This document shows, piece after piece, positions 35,432-45,033 of a DNA stretch of 59,013 nucleotides. The notes under the pieces are model-generated. The model was not told where the DNA came from. It saw only the letters and a list, made by a program, of their open reading frames with translations, and ran no database searches. Within the stretch, counting starts at the first letter, position 1; every line of letters starts with the position of its first letter. The translations under genes were made by a program, and so were the position numbers. The DNA comes from an uncultured Bacilli bacterium (GTDB lineage: Bacteria > Bacillota_I > Bacilli_A > RF39 > UBA660): NCBI GenBank assembly GCA_947581715.1, contig CANPVK010000001.1:1-59013 (forward strand). Direction: 5' to 3'.

Positions 35432-36964
35432 ATGGATATTAAGGAAAAAGGAAAAAAGTCTATTAAAGTGCTTCCTAAGATTACTATAAAATCTGGAAGA
35501 ATAAGTAATACATTTATTCATACAAAAGAAACATTAGAAAATATTTATCAAAGTGATGATGCAGAAAAATTTGAAAATAGGCAAATAAATTATATAACTT
35601 CTAAGACTATAATTAGGACAAGTGAATCTGCATATCATCAAGGAAGAAAATCATTATCAATTTCAAAACAAAATTTAAAAAATGCTAAGGTTAAGTTGAA
35701 GGAATTTCAAATTAAAAGAAAAAGAAATAAAGAGAGAGGACAAATTATTAAAACTGAAAAACTTAACATTAAAACAAAACCATCTATCATATATTCTTCT
35801 GAATCTACTGTAAAAGCTATTCCTAAAGTAAATGGTAAAATAAACAAATTAAAATTAAAAGCCAAAAATATTTTTTCAGTTATTAAAAAAACTACTAAAA
35901 ATACGATTACTGGTATTAAATTACTTGTTACTACCACAAAAGCTCTATTCCATTTTTTAGTAGCCGGTGGATTTATTGTAATTATGATTATTTTAATTTT
36001 TAGTTTTATTGGCTTATTATGTGGCTCTGTTTTTGGAATTTTCTTTTCTAGTGATAAAGGAAGTGGTAATCAAATTTCTATGAATACTGTTGTGAAACAG
36101 TTAAATAATGAAATGTCAGATCAAATTCAGAAAATAAAAAATGAAAATATATATGATGATTATGTTGTTGAGGTACATCGTGCTGAATGGAAAGATATCC
36201 TGGCAATATATTCTGTATATGTCTCTGGAGGAATCAATCAAAATGATGTTATAACTCTGGATTCTAAAAAGGTTAATATTTTAAAAAGGGTTTTTTGGGA
36301 TTTTCATACTATTTCTTATGAGGTAAAAGAAGAAGTGGCTGATGAAGATATGACAGACAAATTTGAAAATCCTAAAAGAGAAATAAAAAGAATTCTTTAT
36401 ATTACAATCTCTAGTAAATCTATAGATGAGATGAAATTATTTTATCATTTGAATCCGATACAACTCCAGCAATTAGAAGAATTATTAAGTATGCAATATG
36501 ATAGTTTATGGACTTCGGTAATTTATGGTACAGAATTAGGCGGCTCTAATATTGTTGAAGTAGCTTTATCACAGGTAGGAAACGTTGGAGGAGAACCTTA
36601 TTGGAGATGGTATGGATTTAATTCTAGAATGGAATGGTGTGCTGTTTTTGTTTCATGGGTAGCTAATCAATTAGGGTATATAGAATCTAATATTATCCCT
36701 AAGTTTTCTTTTTGTAAGGATGGAGTTAGTTGGTTTAAAGTTAGAGGAGAATGGAAAGATAAAGATTATATTCCTAACTCAGGGGATATTATTTTTTTTG
36801 ATTGGGAAATGGATGGAGTAGTAAATCATGTAGGAATAGTTGAAAAAGTCGAAAATAATAAAGTTTATACAATAGAAGGAAATTCTACTGATGATGGAGT
36901 TAGACAGAAAAATTATAATATTGCTGATTCTGTTATTTTTGGATATGGAATACCTACATACTAA
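35432..36964 (+). CDS. conjugation-associated peptidoglycan hydrolase (C-terminal CHAP/NlpC-P60 domain)
   Basis: Basic N-terminus, a TM segment (FLVAGGFIVIMIILIFSFIGLLCGSVFGIFF), and a C-terminal catalytic Cys (MEWCAVFVSW) and His (NHVGIVEKV...TIEGNS). Confidence 0.8.
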   Translation: MDIKEKGKKSIKVLPKITIKSGRISNTFIHTKETLENIYQSDDAEKFENRQINYITSKTIIRTSESAYHQGRKSLSISKQNLKNAKVKLKEFQIKRKRNKERGQIIKTEKLNIKTKPSIIYSSESTVKAIPKVNGKINKLKLKAKNIFSVIKKTTKNTITGIKLLVTTTKALFHFLVAGGFIVIMIILIFSFIGLLCGSVFGIFFSSDKGSGNQISMNTVVKQLNNEMSDQIQKIKNENIYDDYVVEVHRAEWKDILAIYSVYVSGGINQNDVITLDSKKVNILKRVFWDFHTISYEVKEEVADEDMTDKFENPKREIKRILYITISSKSIDEMKLFYHLNPIQLQQLEELLSMQYDSLWTSVIYGTELGGSNIVEVALSQVGNVGGEPYWRWYGFNSRMEWCAVFVSWVANQLGYIESNIIPKFSFCKDGVSWFKVRGEWKDKDYIPNSGDIIFFDWEMDGVVNHVGIVEKVENNKVYTIEGNSTDDGVRQKNYNIADSVIFGYGIPTY

Positions 36965-37051
36965 AAAGGACTATTTTTACCTACTTTATAAGAATCATGA
37001 TATAATGATTTATAATAAATAAGATATATTTGAAAGATTGAAGTGATTTAA

Positions 37052-38281
37052 TTGAAATATAAAAAAGAAAAAGTTATTGTATTTATTATTATGTTATTGG
37101 TGCTGTTTTTAAGATGGATGAATATATTACAAATACAGAATAATCTAGGAAAACCTTTGCCAATGTTTTTACTGATAACAATTTGTAGTTGTATTTCTAT
37201 ATTTCTTCAAAATGATATAGATAAAAACCATAATAATCACGTTGTTAACTATGAAAATATAGATATTTTAAAATACATCTGTGCTATTTTAATCATTATA
37301 TTACATTTAAGACCATTTCAATCTTTTTCAGATCAATTAGATTTAGCCTTTAACAATATCATAACTAGAATATGTGTTCCAATGTTTTTTCTAATAACTG
37401 GCTATTTTGTAGCTAAAAAAGAGAAAGACAATCCTAATTATATAAAAGATTATGTCAAAAGAACTATTCCTTTATATCTTGTATGGAGTGCTATTTATAT
37501 TCCTGTAATTATTGGGTATGGATTATTAAATTTTTCCATTCTTAATAATTATATATCTGATATTTCTATACCAATTATATTTTTAATACCAATTACTATA
37601 TTCATCATTCCTATTGTATTAGTGATAGCTCTCTTATATACTGGTGTTTATTATCATTTATGGTATTTCCCCGCATTAATATTTTCTTTATTAGTATTGT
37701 CAAAATGGAAAGAAAAATTTAAAATAAAGCATTTAATTATAATATCGTTTATTTTATTGTTATTTGGTGCTACTGAAACGTATTATGGAATATTACCACT
37801 TAATTTAAAAAAACTAGTATCCTACTATTATCAAATATTTTTTACTACTAGAAACTTTCTGTTCTTTGGTCTTTTTTATGTTGTGTTAGGTTATTTTATG
37901 GGAACAAAAAAAGAAGTTTATTCAAAATATTGTTTTGAAAAAATGGTTATCTGTATTTTTTTCTTAATATTTGAAGCGATTTTTTTACATGATACTAAAA
38001 GACTAAATAGTAATATTTTATTATCTTGTATTCCTTTAACTTATTATTTATTTATATCAACTTTATATTTAACGAATAAAATAAAGTTTCATTTTGAATT
38101 TAGGAGTTTATCAAAATATTATTATTTCATACATCCAATGGTTATATTTATAATATCATTACTATTTAAAAATTTAACTTATTATCCTTATCAAAATATT
38201 TTAATAATATTGATTATTACTCATATCACTTCTGTTATAGTTATCATATTGAAGAAAAGATATAAGAATTTAATTATTTGA
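37052..38281 (+). CDS. acyltransferase family 3 membrane protein (cargo)
   Basis: About 10 TM segments. N-terminal pattern DILKYICAILIIILHLRPF and RICVPMFFLITGYF, typical of Acyl_transf_3 O-acyltransferases. Confidence 0.7.
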   Translation: MKYKKEKVIVFIIMLLVLFLRWMNILQIQNNLGKPLPMFLLITICSCISIFLQNDIDKNHNNHVVNYENIDILKYICAILIIILHLRPFQSFSDQLDLAFNNIITRICVPMFFLITGYFVAKKEKDNPNYIKDYVKRTIPLYLVWSAIYIPVIIGYGLLNFSILNNYISDISIPIIFLIPITIFIIPIVLVIALLYTGVYYHLWYFPALIFSLLVLSKWKEKFKIKHLIIISFILLLFGATETYYGILPLNLKKLVSYYYQIFFTTRNFLFFGLFYVVLGYFMGTKKEVYSKYCFEKMVICIFFLIFEAIFLHDTKRLNSNILLSCIPLTYYLFISTLYLTNKIKFHFEFRSLSKYYYFIHPMVIFIISLLFKNLTYYPYQNILIILIITHITSVIVIILKKRYKNLII

Positions 38282-38426
38282 TAATTATAGAGTTTAATGC
38301 AATTTAGGATTAAGTTCTTGTCTTTTTATTTCAATTTATATATAATATATTTAAATTAGTGAGCAGTACTAGATAATTAAATTTTGATTACTTGTACTGT
38401 TTTTTTATAGAAGTGAGGAAGTAAAT

Positions 38427-39524
38427 ATGAATCAAGAAAAAGTAGGAAAATTTATTGCTCAATTAAGAAAAGAAAAGAAAATGACACAACAGGAATTAGC
38501 TGATTTATTATTTGTTGATAGGACAACAGTATCAAAATGGGAAGTTGGTAATAATAGTGTTAGTGTCGATGATTTAACAAAAATTGCTAATATATTCGGT
38601 ATTACGCTTAGTGAAATGATGATTGGTGAAAAACAGAGTGAAGAAAATGTTGATAAAATTAATACTGTTACAGTTAATATAATAAAGAAGAATAAAAAAT
38701 TCAGAAGATATTTAATTTATAGCTGTAGTTTTATCTTAATTCTGCTAATAGTGTTTCTTTCATATTATTTTATAACTACGTATAATTCTTTGGTGGTATA
38801 TGAAATTAATGGTGAAGATAATAATTTTTCTATACAAAATGGATTAATGATTGTATCAAAAGATAAGACTTATATACAATTAGGTAGTATTAAAAGTATA
38901 GATAATTTCGATATTGAATCGATTAAATTATATTATAAAAAAAATGATTTAAAAATTAATTTAATTGAGACAACTGATTCTTTTTGTTTTTATAGTTCTA
39001 CATATCAAAATTCAGAATTACAATACGGTGATTTAAAATATCTTGTTCCTAATCTTTTTTTAGAAGTAAAGTTATCTAATAATGAAGTATCAAATATTAA
39101 GTTAAATTTAGTTAAATCATATTCTAACAATAAACTTTATACAAAAACTAATTCCAATTTAGAACAAGATGATATTAATAATCTTGATAACAATATTCCT
39201 ACTTATATAAAAGAAAATTTTAAATTAGATGAAGAGCAACATAGTTATTATTTAGAGGAGAGTAAAGATAATAAGAAAATTAAATATACATACTTTTATG
39301 ATGTAAATGTATTTATAGTTGAAGAAATTTTCGATAAGTATTCTGAAAGTTATTCTTATTTGTATCCTGATGATTTTTCTTATTCAAAAAGTAATAGTGA
39401 ACAAGAAGTTATAGATGAATTTACTTATAGCATTACAAATAAAGAATGTATCATGGGTAATTGTAATAATGATATTATAGAATATTTTAAAAGCCAGTAT
39501 TTAAATAAATTGAATGTTAATTAA
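38427..39524 (+). CDS. membrane-tethered XRE-family transcriptional regulator with extracytoplasmic domain
   Basis: HTH_3 pattern KKMTQQELADLLFVDRTTVSKWEVGNN, a TM segment (YLIYSCSFILILLIVFLSYYFI), and a C-terminal domain of about 250 aa. Confidence 0.7.
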   Translation: MNQEKVGKFIAQLRKEKKMTQQELADLLFVDRTTVSKWEVGNNSVSVDDLTKIANIFGITLSEMMIGEKQSEENVDKINTVTVNIIKKNKKFRRYLIYSCSFILILLIVFLSYYFITTYNSLVVYEINGEDNNFSIQNGLMIVSKDKTYIQLGSIKSIDNFDIESIKLYYKKNDLKINLIETTDSFCFYSSTYQNSELQYGDLKYLVPNLFLEVKLSNNEVSNIKLNLVKSYSNNKLYTKTNSNLEQDDINNLDNNIPTYIKENFKLDEEQHSYYLEESKDNKKIKYTYFYDVNVFIVEEIFDKYSESYSYLYPDDFSYSKSNSEQEVIDEFTYSITNKECIMGNCNNDIIEYFKSQYLNKLNVN

Positions 39525-39527
39525 AAT

Positions 39528-39590
39528 GAGATTAATAATCACATATTGAAAAAAACGAGATGTGATTATTAATCTCTTTATTTTTTACTT
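39528..39590 (+). terminator. strong rho-independent terminator
   Basis: 17-bp perfect stem: gagattaataatcacat (39528-39544) pairs with atgtgattattaatctc (39560-39576), followed by tttatttttt. Confidence 0.8.
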
Positions 39591-39638
39591 TCTTTGATAC
39601 TATAATCGAATTGTAAAGGAAAGGAGAATTAGGATGAT

Positions 39639-40382
39639 ATGAAAAAAATAGTTATAGGAATAATAATGGTATTATTCGTAACGGTTATTACGATGGATAA
39701 TAGTATGGCCATGGATAAATTAAATGATAGATATTATAAAAATTCAGATGGAGTGGTATTATCTGAAAAGGAATATCAATTTGTAAATCAATTTTATGGA
39801 AGTAACTATTTTGAAAGGATGACAATGGAAGATTATAAATGGATTCAAGATTTGAAAATTGATCAGAATGAAATTGAAATCAAGAGTTCTTCAAATACTA
39901 ATATTGTACCATTTGGAACTTCTGTTACTCAAAGTGGAAAAACTCTTCAAATAGTAAAAAGCTGTAGTAATACTTGTATTATTATAGTAAAATGCCAATG
40001 GAATTCCATTCCAAGCGTTAGAAGTTATGATGTTATAGGCGCAAGACTTGTTAATACAAGCTTAGCTAGTGATATGATCACTACCAGAATTTCTTCAACT
40101 GATGGTACTGAATATCCTTCTGATTTAGTAAGATTGACGAAAGGTTTTGGAACATCAGTAAAATTACCATCTTCAGGTTCTAGTATTTCTATTGAGCAAA
40201 AATATACAGTTACTAAAGGTGGAACAATATATGCTAGCTATCAACATGCTCAAAAAGAAATTACTTTGGCAACTAGTAAGTTATATACGATAACTAACGG
40301 TGGATATGGTGGAGTATTTAGTTTTTATGGTTCAGCATTGAATGTTTTCGACCAGATGAATGGTGTTGATATTAGCTTATAG
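39639..40382 (+). CDS. secreted protein, paralog 1 of an uncharacterised family
   Basis: Signal peptide. Shares with the next ORF an N-terminal module DRYYKNSDGVVLSEKEYQF, a motif W(N/K)x(I/M)PSxRSYD, and a C-terminal YQH(A/S)xK(E/K)I(T/S). Confidence 0.65.
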   Translation: MKKIVIGIIMVLFVTVITMDNSMAMDKLNDRYYKNSDGVVLSEKEYQFVNQFYGSNYFERMTMEDYKWIQDLKIDQNEIEIKSSSNTNIVPFGTSVTQSGKTLQIVKSCSNTCIIIVKCQWNSIPSVRSYDVIGARLVNTSLASDMITTRISSTDGTEYPSDLVRLTKGFGTSVKLPSSGSSISIEQKYTVTKGGTIYASYQHAQKEITLATSKLYTITNGGYGGVFSFYGSALNVFDQMNGVDISL

Positions 40383-40521
40383 ATTTGCAAATAGAGAAGT
40401 AGTTATTGAAGTAAAGTAATAACTATTGTAATTAAATTTAGGTAACAGCTTATTTTATTACAAAATGCGTACGAGTTGTAAGAAAGTAGGGTTGTTATAA
40501 ATATAATTTTAGGAGGGAAAA

Positions 40522-41634
40522 ATGAAAATAACAAAATGTATTAGCCTTTTTCTAGCATTAGCATTTTTGTTTCCAAATGTTAGTGTTAATGCTTTAGAAG
40601 GTAATGACTATTATATTAATTCTAATGGAATTATTATGAGTGAGACACAATTTTTAAACTTGAAGAGTTTAGGATATTCAAATGAGCAAATCTCTACTAT
40701 GAAGCAAGACGAATTTGATCTAAATGATAATATTAGTGGGGAGATTGTTAGTACAGAAACAAAATATGTAAAAACAACTTATGTATATAAAACAAAAAAT
40801 ACTTCATTATTGAATTTTAGAACATTTGATTATTATATTTCAAATGTCAATAATTTATCTGATGATAGTAATTTACAGTTAATCAGTGTTAATACCGAAT
40901 CAATAACTGAAGATGAGTATAACATGATTGATGATAATACACAAACTACTATAACTACTAATGATGTTAATCCAAGCATAATATCAACTGAGTATAAAAA
41001 GCTAACAACACAGATCATTAAGCTTTCGAACGGTCGATATAGATTTAGAAATGATTTGACTTGGAAAAAAATGCCATCTAATAGAAGTTATGATTTATCT
41101 GCTATTGCATTGAATAATGCTATTGCAGAACCTGTTAGTGGAAGTCAATATGCACGATTAGATTATAAAACTAAGGATAGTTGTACATTGGAAACAACTG
41201 CATATGAAGTATCATTTGTTGACATGAATAGTTGGAAACGTAGTACAACTGGTTATGGTGTGTCAATGAATCTTCCAGTAAATACAACAAAAACATATAC
41301 TTGGAATGAACTTTTGGGAACAAGTTACCCATGTGGTAAAGATATGGGTGGGTTTGCACCTCCTTCTACTGGCAGAGTTTCGGCTAACATTGATGTTATT
41401 GATTTATCTTCATATATGTTTTATGATGTTGTAAAAATAGGGGCTACGAATCCATTAAGTGCCTATGGCTCATATCAACATTCAGTCAAGAAAATTAGTT
41501 TTGATGTATCAACGCAATTTTCAGTTGGTATTAATGGAATTTTAGGAGGTTCAATAAATGTAACTCCAACTGTTGCTACATATTTTGATGGGATGGAAGG
41601 AACTCATGCACAATTATTAAATCCTGATTGGTAA
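40522..41634 (+). CDS. secreted protein, paralog 2 of an uncharacterised family
   Basis: Signal peptide ending NVSVNALEG. Carries NDYYINSNGIIMSETQF, WKKMPSNRSYD and YQHSVKKISF, matching 39639..40382, plus an insertion of about 120 aa. Confidence 0.65.
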   Translation: MKITKCISLFLALAFLFPNVSVNALEGNDYYINSNGIIMSETQFLNLKSLGYSNEQISTMKQDEFDLNDNISGEIVSTETKYVKTTYVYKTKNTSLLNFRTFDYYISNVNNLSDDSNLQLISVNTESITEDEYNMIDDNTQTTITTNDVNPSIISTEYKKLTTQIIKLSNGRYRFRNDLTWKKMPSNRSYDLSAIALNNAIAEPVSGSQYARLDYKTKDSCTLETTAYEVSFVDMNSWKRSTTGYGVSMNLPVNTTKTYTWNELLGTSYPCGKDMGGFAPPSTGRVSANIDVIDLSSYMFYDVVKIGATNPLSAYGSYQHSVKKISFDVSTQFSVGINGILGGSINVTPTVATYFDGMEGTHAQLLNPDW

Positions 41635-41650
41635 ATATTGTTGAGATTAT

Positions 41651-41684
41651 TAAATGATTACAGAATGTAATCATTTAGTTTTAT
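41651..41684 (+). terminator. rho-independent terminator
   Basis: taaatgattaca, loop gaa, tgtaatcattta (12-bp stem), then gttttat. Confidence 0.7.
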
Positions 41685-41744
41685 ATTATATATAATAATT
41701 ACCATTTTAGTAGATTTATTGTTAGTTCTTAGATATAATTGATT

Positions 41745-41826
41745 AAAAGGAGATGTAGTCTGAAAATAAATATTTTCATCACTATGTGTGACTTGAACAA
41801 AGTGAAAGGAATGAGTGGTTAATATG
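41745..41826 (+). repeat. 82-bp conserved leader, copy 2
   Basis: See copy 1 at 24244..24325. Ends in the ATG of the lipoprotein gene. Confidence 0.9.
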
Positions 41827-42282
41827 AAAATAAATTTTAGTATAAGTATATTCATTTTAATATTTATTCTTCTAATTTCTGGTTGTAGTTCAAGTAAGAA
41901 AGAATATCAATCTATTTCTACATTTTCGATATATTCTCCTGAGAATAATGGAATTAATGAATCCGAAATAAAAATACAAGAAGATTATTCTGATAAAATA
42001 ATGGAAGTATATGCTTCAAAAGAAATACGTGAATATATTTCAGAGTATTATACAAATCTTTATGGATACGAAAAAAGAGATATCAATCTTAAAGTAAAAA
42101 GCATTGATAATAAAAATACAATTTATCAAATTGATTTTGATTGTGATAGTTTGGAAGAAGATGATTGTATTTTAGCTAGTGCAAAATTTAATAGTCAGGT
42201 ATTATCACAACTTGAGATATCTGAAAAATTATATATTGATCTTATTAATACAGTATATCAAAATAAAGAGAAAAAAAATTAG
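41824..42282 (+). CDS. lipoprotein
   Basis: MKINFSISIFILIFILLISGCSS has a lipobox (LISGC). The ATG at 41824 is the conserved end of the repeat. Confidence 0.65.
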   Translation: MKINFSISIFILIFILLISGCSSSKKEYQSISTFSIYSPENNGINESEIKIQEDYSDKIMEVYASKEIREYISEYYTNLYGYEKRDINLKVKSIDNKNTIYQIDFDCDSLEEDDCILASAKFNSQVLSQLEISEKLYIDLINTVYQNKEKKN

Positions 42283-42496
42283 TAACAACTTGATTTAGTT
42301 ATTGGTTTTTATTAGATATGATTATACTAAAAGTTTCAATAAGTTTAAATATTGTTATTCAAATTTTAATTTTTTATTTTCTCCAATCGATATATTTATT
42401 ATTTTATTTATTATTAAAAATTCAAAAAAAAGATATATTGAAATTTTGACATTAACACAAAATCAAGAATAGTTATCAATTATTGAAAAGTTTGGA

Positions 42497-42805
42497 ATGC
42501 ATAGGAGAAGATATGATTTTGAGGGTTTTGCAAATAACAATAATTTATATACACAATATTTATTTACTGGTGTAACTGAAGTTAGGGTTAAATTACATGC
42601 TACTAAATATAAACCTTTAAATGCTGAATTATGGCAAAGAAAAACTGGATTATTCCAATCAGATGTTAAAGTAGCTACTTTTAATACTGTGGAAGTAGGA
42701 TATTCTACTGAAACTACATTGTTTGGATTAGACTCTAAGGCTAATTATTATATTAAATTTATTGCTCCAGCATATTTTACAGGTTGGATTGAATCAAATA
42801 ATTAA
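42497..42805 (+). CDS. hypothetical protein (possibly a truncated remnant)
   Basis: 102-aa ORF with no signal peptide and a weak RBS, preceded by about 210 nt of very AT-rich DNA and followed by a terminator. Confidence 0.35.
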   Translation: MHRRRYDFEGFANNNNLYTQYLFTGVTEVRVKLHATKYKPLNAELWQRKTGLFQSDVKVATFNTVEVGYSTETTLFGLDSKANYYIKFIAPAYFTGWIESNN

Positions 42806-42842
42806 TTTAGCAATTTTTGAAATATAATAAACTGTTAAAGTC

Positions 42843-42874
42843 AGGGGATTCTTATTGGTATCCCCTACTTTTTA
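42843..42874 (+). terminator. rho-independent terminator
   Basis: aggggat pairs with atcccct, followed by actttttac. Confidence 0.55.
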
Positions 42875-42902
42875 CATTTATTAAAATAAACGAGGTAAAA
42901 TA

Positions 42903-44204
42903 ATGAAAAAAATTTTTATTGTAAATATATTAATTGGAAGTCTTGGGATTATTCTTTACTTAATTTTGACTTTTTTTGTTCCTTTAGAGTTGGGAACTGG
43001 TCATAAAGAATTAGAAAATATCATTTTACTAGCTATGCCTTGTTTTCTCATTTTTATTCTATCATTTACTTTAAATGAGGAAAGAGATAGAAGAAGATGT
43101 TTAAATTTTTACTTAGTTAGTTATTTTATAGTTATGCTTGGATTTGTATTTTCTAATAATCGCTATAGTGAATTAATCTTTCAAGGAATTATGCCACGAG
43201 AATATAATTTAATTCCATTTCATTCCATAATCGAATTACTAAAATCTCCATTAGGATTTAGGTTTGCTTTTTATAATATTATTGGGAATTTTTTTATGTT
43301 GACACCTCTTTCAATTTTACTTCCAATGATTAATCAAAAATTTAAAAAAACAAAAGTATTTTTTCTTAGTATCATTAGTTTATGTTTTTTTATAGAAAGT
43401 GTACAATATATTACAGGATTAGGAAGTTTTGATATTGATGATTTTATTTTAAATATAAGTGGAGCTATGTTAATATATATTTTTATAAAATTATCAATCA
43501 TTTTTAGTTTTTTAGAACAGTTTTTTTTGAAAAAGAAATTTTCTAATACTATATGTGTTATTCTTTATAGTATATTGTTAATTATATTTATTCTTGTTTG
43601 TATTAGAAGAATTGTTTTTTTAGTAAATGATTATTATGCAAACGAAATAGATTTATCTGATTTGAAGTGTCAAACTGAAGAAAAGACTTATTTAGGTGAT
43701 GTTGGGAATTATCATTATTATAGTAAGTGTGATTATGGAACTACTTATATTACTGTAGGCAATCAAAAGTATAAAATGGAAGATTTTATTCATTCTAGGT
43801 ATTTAGAAGATTATATAAATCAACTACAATTAGAAAAAGAAGAAATTGTAACCAATGTATTTTTAGAGAAAAAAAATTCTAATAAAACTCTTTTATATTA
43901 TGACAGTGAACTTGATAAAAATTATTATTTGTATGGATATCAAAAAATTTATATTGAAAAAGATGGTCAAGTTTATAATTTAAAAGAAATGATTAATCAA
44001 GATGAACTTAATATTGGTTCTGTTCTCTCTTTAGCAGAATTAAAATATATAAATCCAAATCAAGAATATAGTATTAGTTCTGGAAAATATTATCAAATAT
44101 TAAGTTGTTCTAGCCGTTGGAGTTTTAGTGGCGATGTTTATATTTTGGATTTAGATTTTGAAATAACAGAAAATAGTTGTAGTTTACTTGAGAGGAATGA
44201 GTAA
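42903..44204 (+). CDS. VanZ-like membrane domain fused to a C-terminal domain of about 200 aa
   Basis: VanZ pattern NLIPFHSI...NIIGNFFMLTPLSILLP...ESVQYITGLGSFDIDDFILNISGAMLIY, an extra TM segment, then a soluble Cys-containing domain. Confidence 0.65.
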   Translation: MKKIFIVNILIGSLGIILYLILTFFVPLELGTGHKELENIILLAMPCFLIFILSFTLNEERDRRRCLNFYLVSYFIVMLGFVFSNNRYSELIFQGIMPREYNLIPFHSIIELLKSPLGFRFAFYNIIGNFFMLTPLSILLPMINQKFKKTKVFFLSIISLCFFIESVQYITGLGSFDIDDFILNISGAMLIYIFIKLSIIFSFLEQFFLKKKFSNTICVILYSILLIIFILVCIRRIVFLVNDYYANEIDLSDLKCQTEEKTYLGDVGNYHYYSKCDYGTTYITVGNQKYKMEDFIHSRYLEDYINQLQLEKEEIVTNVFLEKKNSNKTLLYYDSELDKNYYLYGYQKIYIEKDGQVYNLKEMINQDELNIGSVLSLAELKYINPNQEYSISSGKYYQILSCSSRWSFSGDVYILDLDFEITENSCSLLERNE

Positions 44205-44741
44205 TCACTTTTATAGAATAGATAAGTAGTTGATATAAAACCAAAAAGAACCAAAATAACCGAAATGTTCTTGCATTGCAAATATCAAGTATTATAATAA
44301 TGTAAAATGAAATATGTAATCTTTTATTGTATTGACTTTAATGCTGATGATGTATATTTATAATAGATTTATTATTATCTTGTGAGGTGTGGGAGAAGGT
44401 TATATGAAAAAAATTAAGTTGAATGTTTTTTAGCCGATTATTATCTCTATTATTATTCATAGTAGTAATAGTAGTAGCATTTTTGTTTTTGTTTATAAGA
44501 TGCAAAGGATGTGAAAGAAAAGAATCATGGGATACAATTCAAGAAGTTAATAATGAAAAATAAGCTTTCGATTGTAATATATTTAATTCTTTTATCTTTT
44601 TTATTAACCTAATGATTTTAAAAAATCTTAAAGATAAAATAACTGGAATCTGAATATTATACTATTATAATATAAGATATGAGTTTTTGAAAAATGATCA
44701 AGCAGTATTAGATAAATTTAATACTACTTTTTATTTTATAT

Positions 44742-44885
44742 ATGAAATGGCACCTTAGTTTCTTTTTACCACTTACTGTTTGGGTAATCATAATTGGTAT
44801 TTTATTTCTTTACTTTTATTTTTTAGTAAAATTACCAATTTCCAAATATTTAAAAAAGGATATTTTAGATTTAATCCATCATTAG
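44742..44885 (+). CDS. small hydrophobic ORF (47 aa), doubtful
   Basis: My own translation: MKWHLSFFLPLTVWVIIIGILFLYFYFLVKLPISKYLKKDILDLIHH. Lies in an otherwise ORF-poor, decayed region. Confidence 0.25.
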   Translation: MKWHLSFFLPLTVWVIIIGILFLYFYFLVKLPISKYLKKDILDLIHH

Positions 44886-44901
44886 GAAAGGATATGTTGA
44901 A

Positions 44902-45033
44902 ATGAAAAGAAAAATTAATAAAACTAATTTAAGAGAAGCTTTTAAAAATATTAATGTTTCAAAGAGTTTAGAAAAACGAATTTTAGATAATATAGATTCT
45001 ATTAAAAACATAAATATAAAGGATAAAAATTAA
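44902..45033 (+). CDS. small ORF (43 aa), possibly the remnant N-terminus of an anti-sigma-like protein
   Basis: My own translation: MKRKINKTNLREAFKNINVSKSLEKRILDNIDSIKNINIKDKN. RBS aaagga lies about 10 nt upstream. No membrane or sensor part follows. Confidence 0.25.
   Translation: MKRKINKTNLREAFKNINVSKSLEKRILDNIDSIKNINIKDKN

Noticed and set aside
44404-44570. Apparent small gene starting MKKIKLNVF with a good SD
   Set aside because: It stops after 9 codons, and the hydrophobic continuation is in another frame. It is treated as a frameshifted remnant and is discussed under the decayed-region finding.
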